Assembly (NCBI RefSeq): GCF_009834535.1
Contig: NC_045707.1
Coordinates: 14,818,001-14,882,000 of the forward strand
Direction of reading: 5' to 3'
Origin: Camelus ferus
Lineage: Eukaryota
DNA length: 64,000 bases
Part shown: piece after piece, positions 30,901-42,950 of the stretch
Position numbering within the stretch: position 1 is the stretch's first letter
How the letters are laid out: each line of letters begins with the position of its first letter
Position numbers and translations under genes: made by a program
Notes under the pieces: model-generated
Database searches by the model: none
Seen by the model: the letters and a program-made list of their open reading frames with translations, nothing else
Told to the model about the DNA's origin: nothing

Positions 30901-33900
30901 CACCAAAGGAGCCCAGCTTGGAGAAGGAGACCTGGCCCAGGGAGGCACCCTGAGAGATGGAGCATGTCACTGTGCAGCACTCCCCGCCATCAGTACCACC
31001 CAGCACCTAGCCTCCCTCTGGCCTCAGCTGCCCCCTTCCCCAACTCAGCCTTTCTTAGGCCCTCCCCAAAAGATACAGTGGGAAAGTGGCCCAGTACCTG
31101 CATGCCCCGGGGCATGGCAGCCTCATCGATGAGCAGCTCCAGGATGTGGATAGCCACAGTGAGCACAGACAGTCCCTGTGTGAGGCAAGGTCATGGACTC
31201 CCATCCCTGCCCCAGTCCACGGCTGTATCCAGAGTTTAGTATTAACAGCAGACACTCTGGTCCAACATTTTCAGTTGTTTCCAGTGAGCTGTGTGGGACC
31301 TCCTCAAGGCTGACACTAGCAACAGAGTACCTTTGAGGGTACCCTCTCCAGGTGGAAGGATTGCAAAAAGGCCAAACAGAAAAGTGTACCTCTTCCTCCA
31401 AACTGATCAGACTTATTCCCAAGTCCAGGATGAGGCAAGTAGGGGGATGGACTAGATTTCAACCCTATTTTCACCCCAGAGCAAACGTGCAAAACTACTT
31501 AGGCCCTGTGTGGCCTTAGGCAAACTCCTTAACTTGTGTTTCTTCATCTACAAAATGGGGATTGATGTATGCTCAGAATAAGGCAGGACACAAAGTAGGC
31601 ACTCAGTGAGAGGCAATCACTATTATTGATGATAACCAGGTCCTTGCATCCCCTCCCTCCTCCCTGAGAAGGCCTAATAAAGTACACAAGGGCCTACTAC
31701 TCCCCACCCCCACCAAGGCTGGTGTACGCACCGTCAGTACCAGCAAGCACAGCATGGCCAGGGGGTAGCCCAGGTTCCGCTGCCAGGCTGAAGCCTTCCG
31801 CCGCTTCTCTGTGTAGGGATGGGAAGCTATAGCAAGGGCCTGGTATGTGGGGCTACCCACCTTTGGGAAACCCCGGTATCCCAATCCCTACCAACCCACA
31901 TACCCAGAAGAACCCTCTGTGTCTGCAGAGCCAGGACCTGTCTGTGCAGCAGCTCCATGTCCAAGGGCAGCCAGCAGGAGGTGGGATCTGAGGGCAGAGA
32001 AGGTGGTACTGTCCCCTGGTCCTGTAGCCCTTGCCCAAGCCACGCCCACTATCCCTGCCAGGAGGAACTGCAACTCACTGCAAATCCTGCGGGTCAAAGC
32101 TGCCTCCTCAAAGGCTGAGCAGTGCAGCTGCTCTTCCAGGTCTTCCAGCAGCTGTGGGCAGGGGGAAGGGAGGGATTGACTGTCAGAGGCTCCCAGTCAC
32201 AAGGGTCCCAGGAGAACCTTTCTCATCTCAGGACTCCATTGTCCCATTCCTTCCCCTCCCCTCATTCACCACCCCGTGACCAGCAACTTTATCCAGTCCC
32301 TCCCAAATGGCTTGTGTCCTGCTTTGCATTTCTGGCAACCAACTCCAGATGATGGGGTGAAGGATACAGGAGCCAGCAAAGGCTACGGCCCTCTGCGAGG
32401 TGTGCACTGCACAACCACAGGGTCGCTTCATTGTTTGGCTCCAGCTTTGTCTCCAGGATCAAGGACTAGGAATACTACATACCCGGGGCTTGACCAGCAG
32501 CTTCCCAGTGACCGAGAACATGCGGGCAAGACCTAGTGGAGTACACACTGTGGGAACAGGAGCCAGTTACCTGCCAGACCCTTCTCTTCACTGCTTCCCC
32601 TACCCACCCCTCCATTCCCTCATCCATCCTGGTTGCTCTGGCCCAGGGGCCTTACCCGTCCCCTCCCAGACCCTGGACACTCACCCAGGAGCAGCAGGAC
32701 CCCAAGGAAGGAGATGCAGGAGTAGAGGTAGGGGAGGTAGTATTCCCAGAAATCTAAAGGGGAAAAAAGAAGTACATCAGCCCATCTCTCTCCTCTGGCT
32801 TACTGGGGGCTGACAGAACTCAGAGAAGAGGCGAGGGCACAACACAAGAGCCTACGGGGGTTAGGCCAGTAATGCAGCCAAGGAAAGCTGGCCAGCAGCA
32901 GAAGGAGTGGCAGGGCCTACAGCAAACTAGAGATCTTAAGCCCTTTCTAAAGGGCACAAGCACTCTTTGGCCCAAGTCGCTGGGGCTTAGTATGGCCAGA
33001 TCCTTGGTCTTGTCAAGCAAAGCCAGACATCTGGATATTGAGGTGAAATCTCCCAATTTCAACTGACTCATGTATGTTTTTAAATCATTGCCTGGGCCCA
33101 AATTGGAACATTTCTACAGGTTGGATTTGGCCTGAAGTCCATCAGCTGGAAACTTCAGTCTAAGGGAGAGGGTCCCAACTTTCTCCGCCTTAGCAGGATA
33201 TAATTTTTCCTGGCAGGGGAACATCAGCCAGCTGAAGAGCCCCTCGGCCGGGAGGGTGGGGAGGAAGCTGGCCTTCTCACCATAGAGCGACTCTCTGCTG
33301 GCCTTGTTGTTGTCCACGATGGCAGACGCCACCCACACCATGCCCAGCACCAGCAGAGTGAGGAGTATCAACATCACCACTGTCTCGTAGACCCGGGCCA
33401 GGACACCCTACAGGTGGAGGCAAAACGTGAGGGAGACTATGCGAGGAAGGAAGGAGACAGAGATGGCAGTCTGGCTGGGGGAAGCAGGGAGGAGTGGATT
33501 CAGGAGACAGAGGTGTTTCCCTCTTATTCTGCTAAGTCACTCTGCCTTCCTACCCCACAATCTGGGGTCATTCCCTATACTGGATATTATTCATTTGCAA
33601 TCCGCTTCCTCAGATCCCTTCTCCACCCTTGTCTTGTCTTGGGAGGCTGACCCCTGAGGTCTGTGACACACATGCTCTTTACCCTCTGGTTTTCTGTTCA
33701 TCTTGCCCAGTGGGGACGACCAGCAAGAGTGGAAGGAAGGAAGAGAGAGAGGTCAGGGTATCTTTTCTGTTTCTTCCCACCTTTTGCACTATGGTTTTGA
33801 CAGTGGCTGAGACACTAGCTCCTCTCCCGGGAAGCCACACCTCCCTAGCTTCAAATAGTTCCAGAAAATATTTCTTCCCTTTGCTCCCACAGGCCTAGGG

Positions 33901-36900
33901 GTGGTAATGACTTGCTGTTGTTACTAGTGCCTCCAGCTCCTTGTTGGTCCCCTTAATGCTGACAGAACCTCTGCAAATAGTCTCTTCATCAAAATCTTTT
34001 CAGTTGAACCATCCGAGTGGAACTACATTTCCCTGGTACATCCCTCACTCACCTTTCTGGAGCCAGCAAAGCCCTCAGACTCAGTGAAGAAGTACGCAAA
34101 GGGCATGAGGAAGATGAGGGACAAGTTGGAGAAGAGAAAAACGAGGTTCCAGAGGCCTGGAGCAAAAAACAAAAAGCAGAGGTGGTTATTAAGACAGGGG
34201 GCAACCCACAGGGGGCAACCCACTGGGGACTGAACATGTGGCAGGGGAGGCGGGAGGGATGGGGTGATATCGGACTGATTTGTCCAAGGCTGCCTATCCC
34301 CACCCTCAGCTGCAACCAGGAGCAACGCACCATGGATGAGGGAGCCATTGAGCCACTGGATGTAGTAGTTCCGAGGCAGTGAGAGCAGCACCTCGTTGCT
34401 GATGATGGAGAAGGGCAGGAGCAGGACAGCACCCAGAGCGACCGCCAGGGTGAAGGTGCACAGCTCGAGTCTGGGCAGAGATGGGGTAGTGCCCCTGCTT
34501 AGCTCAGACACTCACTTCCCTGGGCCCAAGGAGCCCCATTCATCTCCACAGGCACCTGTGGCGTCTAGAACCACCTGTAGCAGTGATAGACCTAGGGAAG
34601 GAGCCATCCACCTGGGGCTCTTCCCACTGCCTTCCCACCCTAGCCCTTACCTCCCAGGAAGCCTTGGCACATGGGATGGGCATACCTTAGGCCTTCATGG
34701 GAGCCTGGTCACCTGCCATGTCACTTGCCCAGGCTGTCCCCAGGAATGCGGACCTCCTGCACATGCCTACAGGGTGTGCCAGGCATGATGCCAAGCTAAG
34801 GGGCCTGACTTCTCTCTGCTCAGTGCAGGGATGTGGATTTCTGAGCTTGTCTTCTTCAGCCTGGACAGAGCAGGGTCACCCCATATCGCTATGCCCTGAA
34901 CAAAGGCACTAAGGTGAAAGGGGGACCTGAAACTCAGCTTCATAGCCAAGGCCTGTGCCCTGGGCTGCATCAGCTGAAAAGAAGGAACACTTATCTAGTT
35001 GGTCCTTGAGGGGTATGGGTGGGGGTTGCTTTCTTCTAATCTGTTGATCCAAAGGGGTCACCTCTATATTTTTCTCTACAGGTGCTAGTGAATAATAACA
35101 GCCTAGAGTAAGGACTATCCTCTCAGAACCAAGCATGCCCCACCCTTGGGGATTCCACCTTCCCCATCCCCTGCTATTTCCATTAGTCTGCATCCTCACC
35201 CCACTCCCTCCCCAGTGGCTTCTGGGAGGTGAAGCCAAGCTGGAGCCATTTCCAGTGACTCAGGCCTCCAGCAAACAGTTCCTGGTCGAGCCTCTTAGAA
35301 GCTCCTGGCCTAACCAGGGAGACAGGAACAACAGCTTTTCCAAGCATCCACATGTGGGGTAAAGCCGGAAGAAGCCAGAAATGAGGCGGAAGCAGCAGCT
35401 CTCTCTTCACTGTCTGATACTTCACTCTCCCTCAGCTCCAGGGTACTCACTAGAGTTGAGCTTCTAAAGGCTACTAGGGCCTGGTCCTGAGGCAGCAACA
35501 CTTACGCAATCTTGTTGACTGTGGCATCTTCGTCATCCACTACAAGAGACAGAAGCATGGGGAGAGGCAGGCCATCAATGGGTGTCTCCGGAAGGCATTT
35601 GTGTTGCAGTGTGCCCTCTTGCTCCTTCCCTGGCCCTGAAAGAAGGCCCACCCAGGCAGAGCTGGGCAGGAGGCTCCAGGAGAGCTCACACTTTGAACCC
35701 CATAACCTATTCTTTGGCCAAGGTGGCAGCTTAAAGTTCAGTGGTCCTAGGTGGAGAGAGTATGGATCAGGATTTCCCCCACTTCCCTCCTTCCCCAGGT
35801 CTCTCCCACCACAGGTTCCTCTTTATAAACTGAAAATAGAACAAACGATTGGTCTGTGAGGTTGGTTACATCAGTGGCTAGATACAGCAAAGGAAAATGA
35901 GGGGAGGGGGAGGGGAGGTTCACAGAGAAAGTCCCCAGGGGAATTACACTCATGAGTAGCTGCCTTCTTGGCTGGGGACTCATGAAGCCATCTGGAGGGG
36001 AGGAGAGGTTCAGGCCAGGCCAGGAAGATCTGGACAGGCTGGAGCTAGGAATGGGAGCAAGTGTGTCCCTGTAATCATACGATGCCTGAACACTCTACAA
36101 AGAGGAAGGCCACCATCACCAGGTCCTGGGGCCCCAGTGGTCAGGGAGGTCTCTGGTCCTGGGTGCAGGAGCACTAGGAGAGGAGATGAAAGAGCTTGTG
36201 CCCACAGTAACATCCACCCTGCAGTCACCCTCTTTAGTTTCACAGAGAGCTTTCACATTAGCCATCGCATTTGTTCCACATAGTGACAATGGACTGGGTA
36301 GAGATGGTTAGACTCATTTTGTAGAGGATGAAACTGAGGGTCACAAAAGTTACATGACTTGCCCAGTGACTTTATTAGTTGTAGACACTTCCACCTAGAC
36401 TTTCCACTATACCATCTTGCCCCTGCCTGTGAAGAAAGGGAGGCAGAAGAGGTAAAGGCTCCAGAACAGCCACCTCTCCTTTCCCAGCAGGCACCTTAGG
36501 CCTCTTCCCCTGAGGCTGGTGCCATGGCAACGGGAACACTGGCAGAGGGCGGGCAGAAGGCAGGGAAGTCACAGGTACCTGTGGTGAACTCAGCAGGCTT
36601 CTTGAAGCGGGTCAGCGTGATGTGGCAGAGGATGTAGAGTGTTGCAAACAGAAGTGTTGAGATCTGTGGCAGAGAGTGAATGAGATGAGAGGCTCTAATC
36701 CCAGGCATATTCCTAAGGCCCAGTGGCCTCTGTTAATTCCATGGGGACACTTTCCCAAAACTAGGCTCCATACTACCAGGGATTCCATCTTTCTCCCCAA
36801 TACTTCCTTCTAGTCAAGGCCTCAGGGGCCTCTAAGAAGCACCAGACAGGGGCTGTCCTATACACCTGGGGAAATAGCACCATGTCCAGCTCTATGAGGG

Positions 36901-39121
36901 TTTTCCTGGGAGAAAACAGCTTCAGCTGAACCCTGGTTGGTAAACGAGCAGAGAAAACTCTTAGCAATGCACATATACACACACATGAAACAGGCCACAG
37001 AACCAGAGGGAATTTACACCCAGCACATTATTGGAAAGGAAAGAGAGTCTGAGAGGAAGAAGGGGATGTCTGCATTGTCCTGGCCCTCTACTCCCTCTCT
37101 CCCACTCCCCCTCCCTCCACTTTCCCCCTCCTCCTTTCTAGAGCCAGCATCAGCCCCTTTAAATGCTATCAGTCCCTGGTACCTACCTCAAGTGACTTCC
37201 AACTCCAGGGCAGTCCTCTCAGGGCCTGTCCCATGCCCCTGGGTGACCAGCCCTCCAATTGACAGTTATGGCAGGACTTGAACAGGTTGTTCTCTGCATG
37301 CAAGCATCCCTGCCCTACCCCGAGTAAGCTACTATTGCCCAGGGCAGGAGCCACTGTCAATTTGGCTCCACAACCAGGGCCAGAGAGTCTTGAGATGTTA
37401 ATGTGTTTGCAGTAGGCCAAGAAGGCAGGATCAGTCTCATAGGTTCTCCAGCCCCCAAGAGGAGATGACCCTATAGGGAATCTGCATACAGCTGTCTGTA
37501 CAAGGAGAAAAGCCCCAGAGACCCCAGGAGAACCATGGGTCTAGGACAAAACTGTAGCTTTTAATATTAGGGAAGTAGAGTAGAATGAACCACTCAGATT
37601 GTAACTGCAAGATTTTTACTGCCTAGTACTCTGCTCTGGGCTTGTGTAATAGCCAGGAAAGTGAGAGGGCTCAAATGGTCAAGCTGGAGTTCCATGCAGT
37701 TCCAGCAGAGGCTAGGCCATTCTCTAGAGCAGGGGATTGGAGCCAGGTGGGGGAGGTACAGAAGTCTTCGAGCTGCTCTTGGCCAGCACTGATGTCCTCA
37801 GCAAATGGGACTAAAGGATAGGGGAGACATCCAGGAGACTGCTTCTCTGTCCAAGGTCTCATCCCTCCCTGTTCTCTAGGAATGTGGGCCTCTGGCTCGA
37901 GGCCTGGGTGGGCCTCCACAATATGCCCAACCCCACCATGTGAGACTATCCACTAAAGAACACACAAGGAAGGCTTCCGGAAAGCAGATTTGACGTTCCA
38001 CACATGCACTGGTATACTTTCAACTTTTCAGCCTTCACAAATAAGGGCACATCTAGTTATGTCATGGCTCACTTTACCCCTCTGAGGCAGCCCAGAGCAG
38101 ACTAGAGCCCAGCCTAAGAAAAATGAAGGATGACCCCATCAGTGGGCCTTCCCACACCTGAACACTTTTATACTTCTATACCTTTCCCTTTAGTATTTAG
38201 GGGTGAGGGCTTCCCTGGGGAGCTCTGAGGAAGGAGACTGAGAAGAAAGGAGAGAGATGAGAGTTTAAAGCAGGCCTGAGAAAGATGTGACTCTCTAAGC
38301 TCCACTGGGTGCCCCTGGCCCTGGAGTGAGAAGGAATCCCTTGTTGTGTGGCAGTTTCAGCTGTTACTCTAGGTGGCAGTGAGGGAGTAAGGAAAGCAGC
38401 CAGGTGCCCCCTGTAGCACTGGGGGCAACCACTCACAAAGGAAATCCCCTAACGGCTCTGGGAAGCAGGAACCTTGGCTTGCAGGGTTTCTAACAAACAC
38501 TAATAAGGAAAAGTAGGGGAAACCTTTGTTGTTCTCCATCTCTGCACAGTAGAACCCGCCCCAGCAAGAGTCCTTTCTTCCAGAGTGGGAAACCCACCAA
38601 AATCTCCTGTTCGTTTCCCCTTCACCAAACATCAGTTGGGTTTGAGGGGTAAATGCAAATAAGCCCTCCCCTGGACAAACCCATCCCTCGCGTACCACAG
38701 GCTAGGATCGGCAGACTCACCAGACTCCCAGACACACCAAGACCTCCTTCAGAACACCGGCGGGGGATGGGGGACAGGGGGAGGCCAAGGGGAGGGGCGA
38801 GTACAGGGGAGGAACGGAAACCGACCGGCTTTGTTTATCTCGCAGCCACCCAGCTGACCTGATCTAGGGGTTGGCCAGCCCAGCTCTGGTCGGAACGGCG
38901 CCCTTCGTCGCTCGCCCCTGTACCAAGCAAGATCTGACAGAGCTCTGAGCCCAAGTAGTCGCACTACCACTCGAACTTCTCCCTCTCCCGCGACACCCGT
39001 GCTTCTCCTTCAATTGTTTCTACCCTTCCTGCCCGGTTCCCGCACTCACAATGCACTCGCGGACCCTCTCGTGGAATAGCTGCTCTCGCACAGATAGTAC
39101 TTCGTAGTCAGCTGCTTCCAT
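27964..39121 (-). CDS. LMBR1L: Limb development membrane protein 1-like (LIMR), 489 aa, 17 coding exons
   Basis: Exons 39050-39121, 36579-36663, 35506-35539, 34331-34470, 34053-34156, 33281-33407, 32685-32753, 32483-32547, 32079-32151, 31904-31987, 31732-31808, 31098-31175, 30876-30949, 30541-30631, 30373-30439, 28234-28395, 27964-28031. Total 1470 nt with consistent phases. MEAADYEVLSVREQLFHERVRECI...AELIRAFGLDRLPLPVSGFPRASRKNQHQ*. Confidence 0.98.
28463..28481 (-). promoter_or_regulatory. CTCF-like motif, reverse orientation (LMBR1L intron 15)
   Basis: Reverse complement TGGCCACCAGGCGGCAGCA. Confidence 0.55.
29925..30062 (-). mobile_element. Camelid-type tRNA-derived SINE, head of a composite insertion 29455-30062
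   Basis: GGGGAGGGTATAGTTCAGTGGTAGAATGCATGCCTAGCATGCACGAGGTCCTGGGTTCAATCCCCAGTACC...CCTAATTACCTCCCC. A 12-bp direct repeat tctctgtttctc lies at 29443-29454 and 30063-30074. Confidence 0.85.
30632..30875 (-). other. U12-type (minor spliceosome) GT-AG intron 13 of LMBR1L
   Basis: 5' splice site GTATCCTTTT; branch-site-like TTCCCTAAC 10 nt before the 3' end (CCACTGGCAG). Confidence 0.85.
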
Positions 39122-39600
39122 ACTCTGTTCAGCATGACTGGGGCGGGGGTGTCTCCGGGCCCGGGGAGGACCAGCGGGGATGAAGCCGCCGCCGCCAAGC
39201 ACCCGGACCCAGGCGAAGGAGACTTTCCTCTCAGCCTGTGACGGAAACTCGGGGTAATCTGGGGCTCAGATTCAGTCGTCGGGACGCCCCGCCCTTAAAG
39301 GGGCAGGCACCAGAGCGCCTCGTTTTAAAGGGCCCTGGCCCCCCTCCGCTCCCTCCCCTTTAAGGTCAAGCTTCAACGCAAACACCCGCCAACAGGCACG
39401 CTACGAGGAAGCGCCGGTACTGGTTCTAGAGAGACCCAGTGACGACACAAGGGATGGGCGGGTTCTTTCCAGGGAGCGGAACTCATTGGCTCCTGGAGAG
39501 CTGCCGCTCATCGCTAAAGCAGCGCTGATAGACTCGCCCTGTGAAAGGAGGCGGGATCTTTAGGGCCTACCGGTGCTCATTCGAAAACTAAGCAACTGTC
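38880..39600 (-). promoter_or_regulatory. LMBR1L CpG-island promoter and exon 1
   Basis: CpG-rich region around the first exon; GC box gccccgccc at about 39286; ETS-like aggaag; CCAAT (attgg) at about 39485. Confidence 0.75.
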
Positions 39601-40089
39601 TTCCTCACCTCCTGCTGGTGACCAGCGACGATTCCTGCATTTTAGTATCGACCAAGATTTTAGTGTGACTTTGGTTAAATGAGCCATTTGGACCAAGCCA
39701 GCTAGGAGGGATGTGAGAGCACTACGGGGGTTCTGAAAGGTACCGCTGCTCAGTAACCCAGGGCCCGCAGTAGCGTTTTCTCAAAGTGTTTATGTTGGGG
39801 TGAGGGATCCTCTGCCGCCAGGAATTTTCACTCAGTCACTTTTGTGGGAGCCCTAGTGTGTGCTAGAGCAAATACCAAAGAACACTAGATAGAGAATTAG
39901 AGAAAAATCCATCTGAAACTTTTGTGGGGAAATGGCCCCAGGGGATCATAGTGGGGCTGAGTCGACCATTAGCTGACCACTTACTATGTGCCACTCACTT
40001 TATAGATTTTATCTCATTTTTACATCACAACAACCCTTCAGAGAAAGGTGTTGTGATTAGCATTTTAGTGATTAGAAAATGATGAGAGG

Positions 40090-40318
40090 GGTTGGAAGGG
40101 ATAAATTGGGAGTTCGAGATTTGCAGATACTAACTACTATATAAAAAATAGATAAACAAGTTTATAGTGTATAGCACAGGGAACTATATCCAATTCTTGT
40201 AGGAATCTATAATGTAAAAGAATATGAAAACGAATATATGTATGTATATGTGTGATTGAACTATTATGCTGTACACCAGAAATTGACAACATTATAAACT
40301 GACTATACTCAATTAAAA
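40090..40318 (+). mobile_element. 5'-truncated L1 3' end with TSD
   Basis: gggataaattgggagttcgagatttgcagatactaactactatata...ctgtacaccagaaattgacaacattataaactgactatactcaattaaaaaa. The TSD is aaaatgatgagagg (40076-40089) / aaaatggtgagagg (40319-40332). Confidence 0.85.
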
Positions 40319-41162
40319 AAAATGGTGAGAGGTTGTAACACAAGGGATGCAAGTTACCTTCCTGTGACTTTGATTGGTATATGTACTGTTTGGAAAGTCT
40401 CACCTTCATGGAATTAAACCCTTCCTCTAAAGTGGAGGGAGTAGTACAGGGAAACTCAAAAGAAGGGCCAAGTTTTGCAAAACCCCCCACTGAAGAATAG
40501 GAGTGCAATTCTAAAGGCCTAGACGGCATCCAGTTACTATCTGAGCAGGAGTTAGGGGTCAGAATTAACAACTGAATTGTGTATTCTTAACTTCTGCGGA
40601 GCAAGTTACTTTTATCTCCTTTTTGTTTCCCCAGTGATTTGCCATTGAACCATGGGAAATAAAATGCATATACTTGGATATATACACATGTATTTGTCTG
40701 TCTGTTTGTCTGTCTGTCTATCTTTGGTAGTAGAAAGTTAATGAGGGGACCCAAAGAGCTGATTTCCCTTTTAGCAACCAAGCTTGGAGTGAACAGAATT
40801 CCAGGAGAGTGGGAGAGTGGGCAGAGACAGAAAGAAAAGATAACTGGCTGGGTCCTTGGCTCTGCTGCAGGGAAGGAAAGGAGAGCACAGGGAGGTGACT
40901 TGGGCCTACTGAGTGTGTTTTAGGAATAAACATGAGTGGACCAAGGCCCTGCCCTAGAAGAGTTTTTAGCTTGTCAAGAAGAGGTGACCCTGGTGCTTAA
41001 CTCTTCTTTCATCTTTGTTTCAAGGCAATGTACTTTAATCTTCTTGTTAAAACAGAAATTAGATCTGTCCCTGCTCAAAATCCCTCAAAAGCAATCCAGT
41101 TGCACTTAAAAATTCACTGGCCCTAGAGAAAAAAAAATTCACTTGCCTTAAAGTAAGCCTAT

Positions 41163-41345
41163 GGGAGCGAGGATGTAGCTCAGTTGTAGAATGTATGCTT
41201 AGCATGCATGAGGTCCTGGATTCAATTCCCTAAAAAATAAAATAAAAAGTTAATTTAAAAATACACAAAGAAACCTAATTACATCCCCCAAAACAAAAGC
41301 AAAACCAAAAAATTTTAAGAAAAAGAAGCCTAATTACCTCCTCAC
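41163..41345 (+). mobile_element. Camelid-type tRNA-derived SINE with extended A-rich tail
   Basis: gggagcgaggatgtagctcagttgtagaatgtatgcttagcatgcatgaggtcctggattcaattccc...cctaattac (twice). Confidence 0.8.
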
Positions 41346-41350
41346 CAAAA

Positions 41351-41386
41351 TTAATTAATTAATTAATTAATTAATTAATTAATTAA
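41351..41386. repeat. (TTAA)9 microsatellite, self-complementary
   Basis: Seen directly; it sits at the tail position of the adjacent L1. Confidence 0.9.
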
Positions 41387-42950
41387 TACTGAAGTACCAT
41401 CAGTTACAATGTGTCGGTTTCTGTTATACAGCATAATCTCCCAGTCATACATATACATACATATATTTGTTTTCATATTCTTTTTCATTAAAGATTATTA
41501 CAAGATATTGAACATAGTTCCCTGTGCTATACAGCAGAAACTTTTTTAAAATCTATTTTTATATATAGTGGCTAACATTTGTATATCTCAAACTCCCAAA
41601 TTTATCCCTTCCCACTCTCTTTCCCCAGTAACCATAAGATTGCTTACTATGTCTGCGGGTCTGTTTCTGTTTGTAGATAAGTTCGTAGTGCCCTTTTTTC
41701 TTTCTTTCTTTCTTTTTTAGATTCTACATATGAGTGATATCATATGATATTTTTCTTTCTCTTTCTGGCTTACCTCATTTAGAATGACAATCTCTAGGTC
41801 CATCCATGTTGCTGCAAATGGCATTATTTTATTCTTTTTTTGATGACTGAGTAGTATTCTATTGTATAAATGTACCACAACTTCTTTACCCAGTCATCTG
41901 TCAATGGACATTTAGGTTATTTCCATGTCTTGGCTATTGTATATAGTGCTTATATACACTATATACATTATGTATTGGAGTGCATGTATCTTTTCAAATT
42001 AGAGTTCCCTCAGGACTTTTACCCAGAAGTGGGATTGTTGGATCATATGGTAAGTCTATTTTTAGTTTTTTGAGGAATCTCCACACTGTTTCCCATAATG
42101 GCTGCACCAAACTACATTCCCACTAGCAGTGTAGGAGGGTTCCCTTTTCTCCACACTCTCTTCAGCATTTATTGTTTGTGGACTTTTCAATGATGGCCAT
42201 TCTTACTGGTGTGAGGTGATACTTCATTATAGTTTTGATTTGCATTTCTCTGATAATTAGTGATATTGAGCATTTTTTCATGTGCCTATTGGCCATTTGT
42301 ATGTCTTCATTGGAGAATTGCTTGTTTAGGTCTTCTGCTCATTTTTGGATTGGGTTGTTTGTTTTTTGTTATTAAGTTGTATGAGCTGTTTATATATTCT
42401 GGAAATTAATCCTTNNNNNNNNNNNNNNNNNNNNNNNNNNNNNNNNNNNNNNNNNNNNNNNNNNNNNNNNNNNNNNNNNNNNNNNNNNNNNNNNNNNNNN
42501 NNNNNNNNNNNNNNNNNNNNNNNNNNNNNNNNNNNNNNNNNNNNNNNNNATTCCCTGGGTAGACTGGGAACATTGCTAAGATTTATGCAGAGAATGTTCT
42601 GCCTGTTTTCTTCTAGGAGATTTATCGTGTCTTGTCTTATATTTAAGTCTTTAAGCCATTTTGAGTTTATTTTTGTGTATGGAGTAAGGGAGTGTTCTAA
42701 TTTCATTGATTTACATGCTGCTATCCAGTTTTCCCAACACCACTTACTGAAAGACTGTCTTTTCTCCATTGTATGTTCTTACCTCTTTTGTCAAAGATTA
42801 ATTGACCATAGGTCTGTGGGTTTATTTCTGGGCTGTCTATTCTGTTCCATTGATCCATACATCTGTTTCTATGCCAATACCATGCTGTTTTGATTACTGT
42901 AGCTCTGTAGCATTGTCTGAAGTCTGAGAGGGTTATTCCTCCAGCTTTTT
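41387..42950 (-). mobile_element. 5'-truncated L1 (3' UTR plus C-terminal ORF2 fragment), disrupted
   Basis: ORF track 42326-42769 gives [34 protein letters not shown]...[14 protein letters not shown], which is L1 ORF2; the L1 3' UTR follows. Confidence 0.92.

Noticed and set aside
41351-41386. Regular direct repeat that could resemble an array
   Set aside because: Simple (TTAA)n microsatellite with no spacers; no CRISPR or other prokaryotic features in this mammalian DNA.
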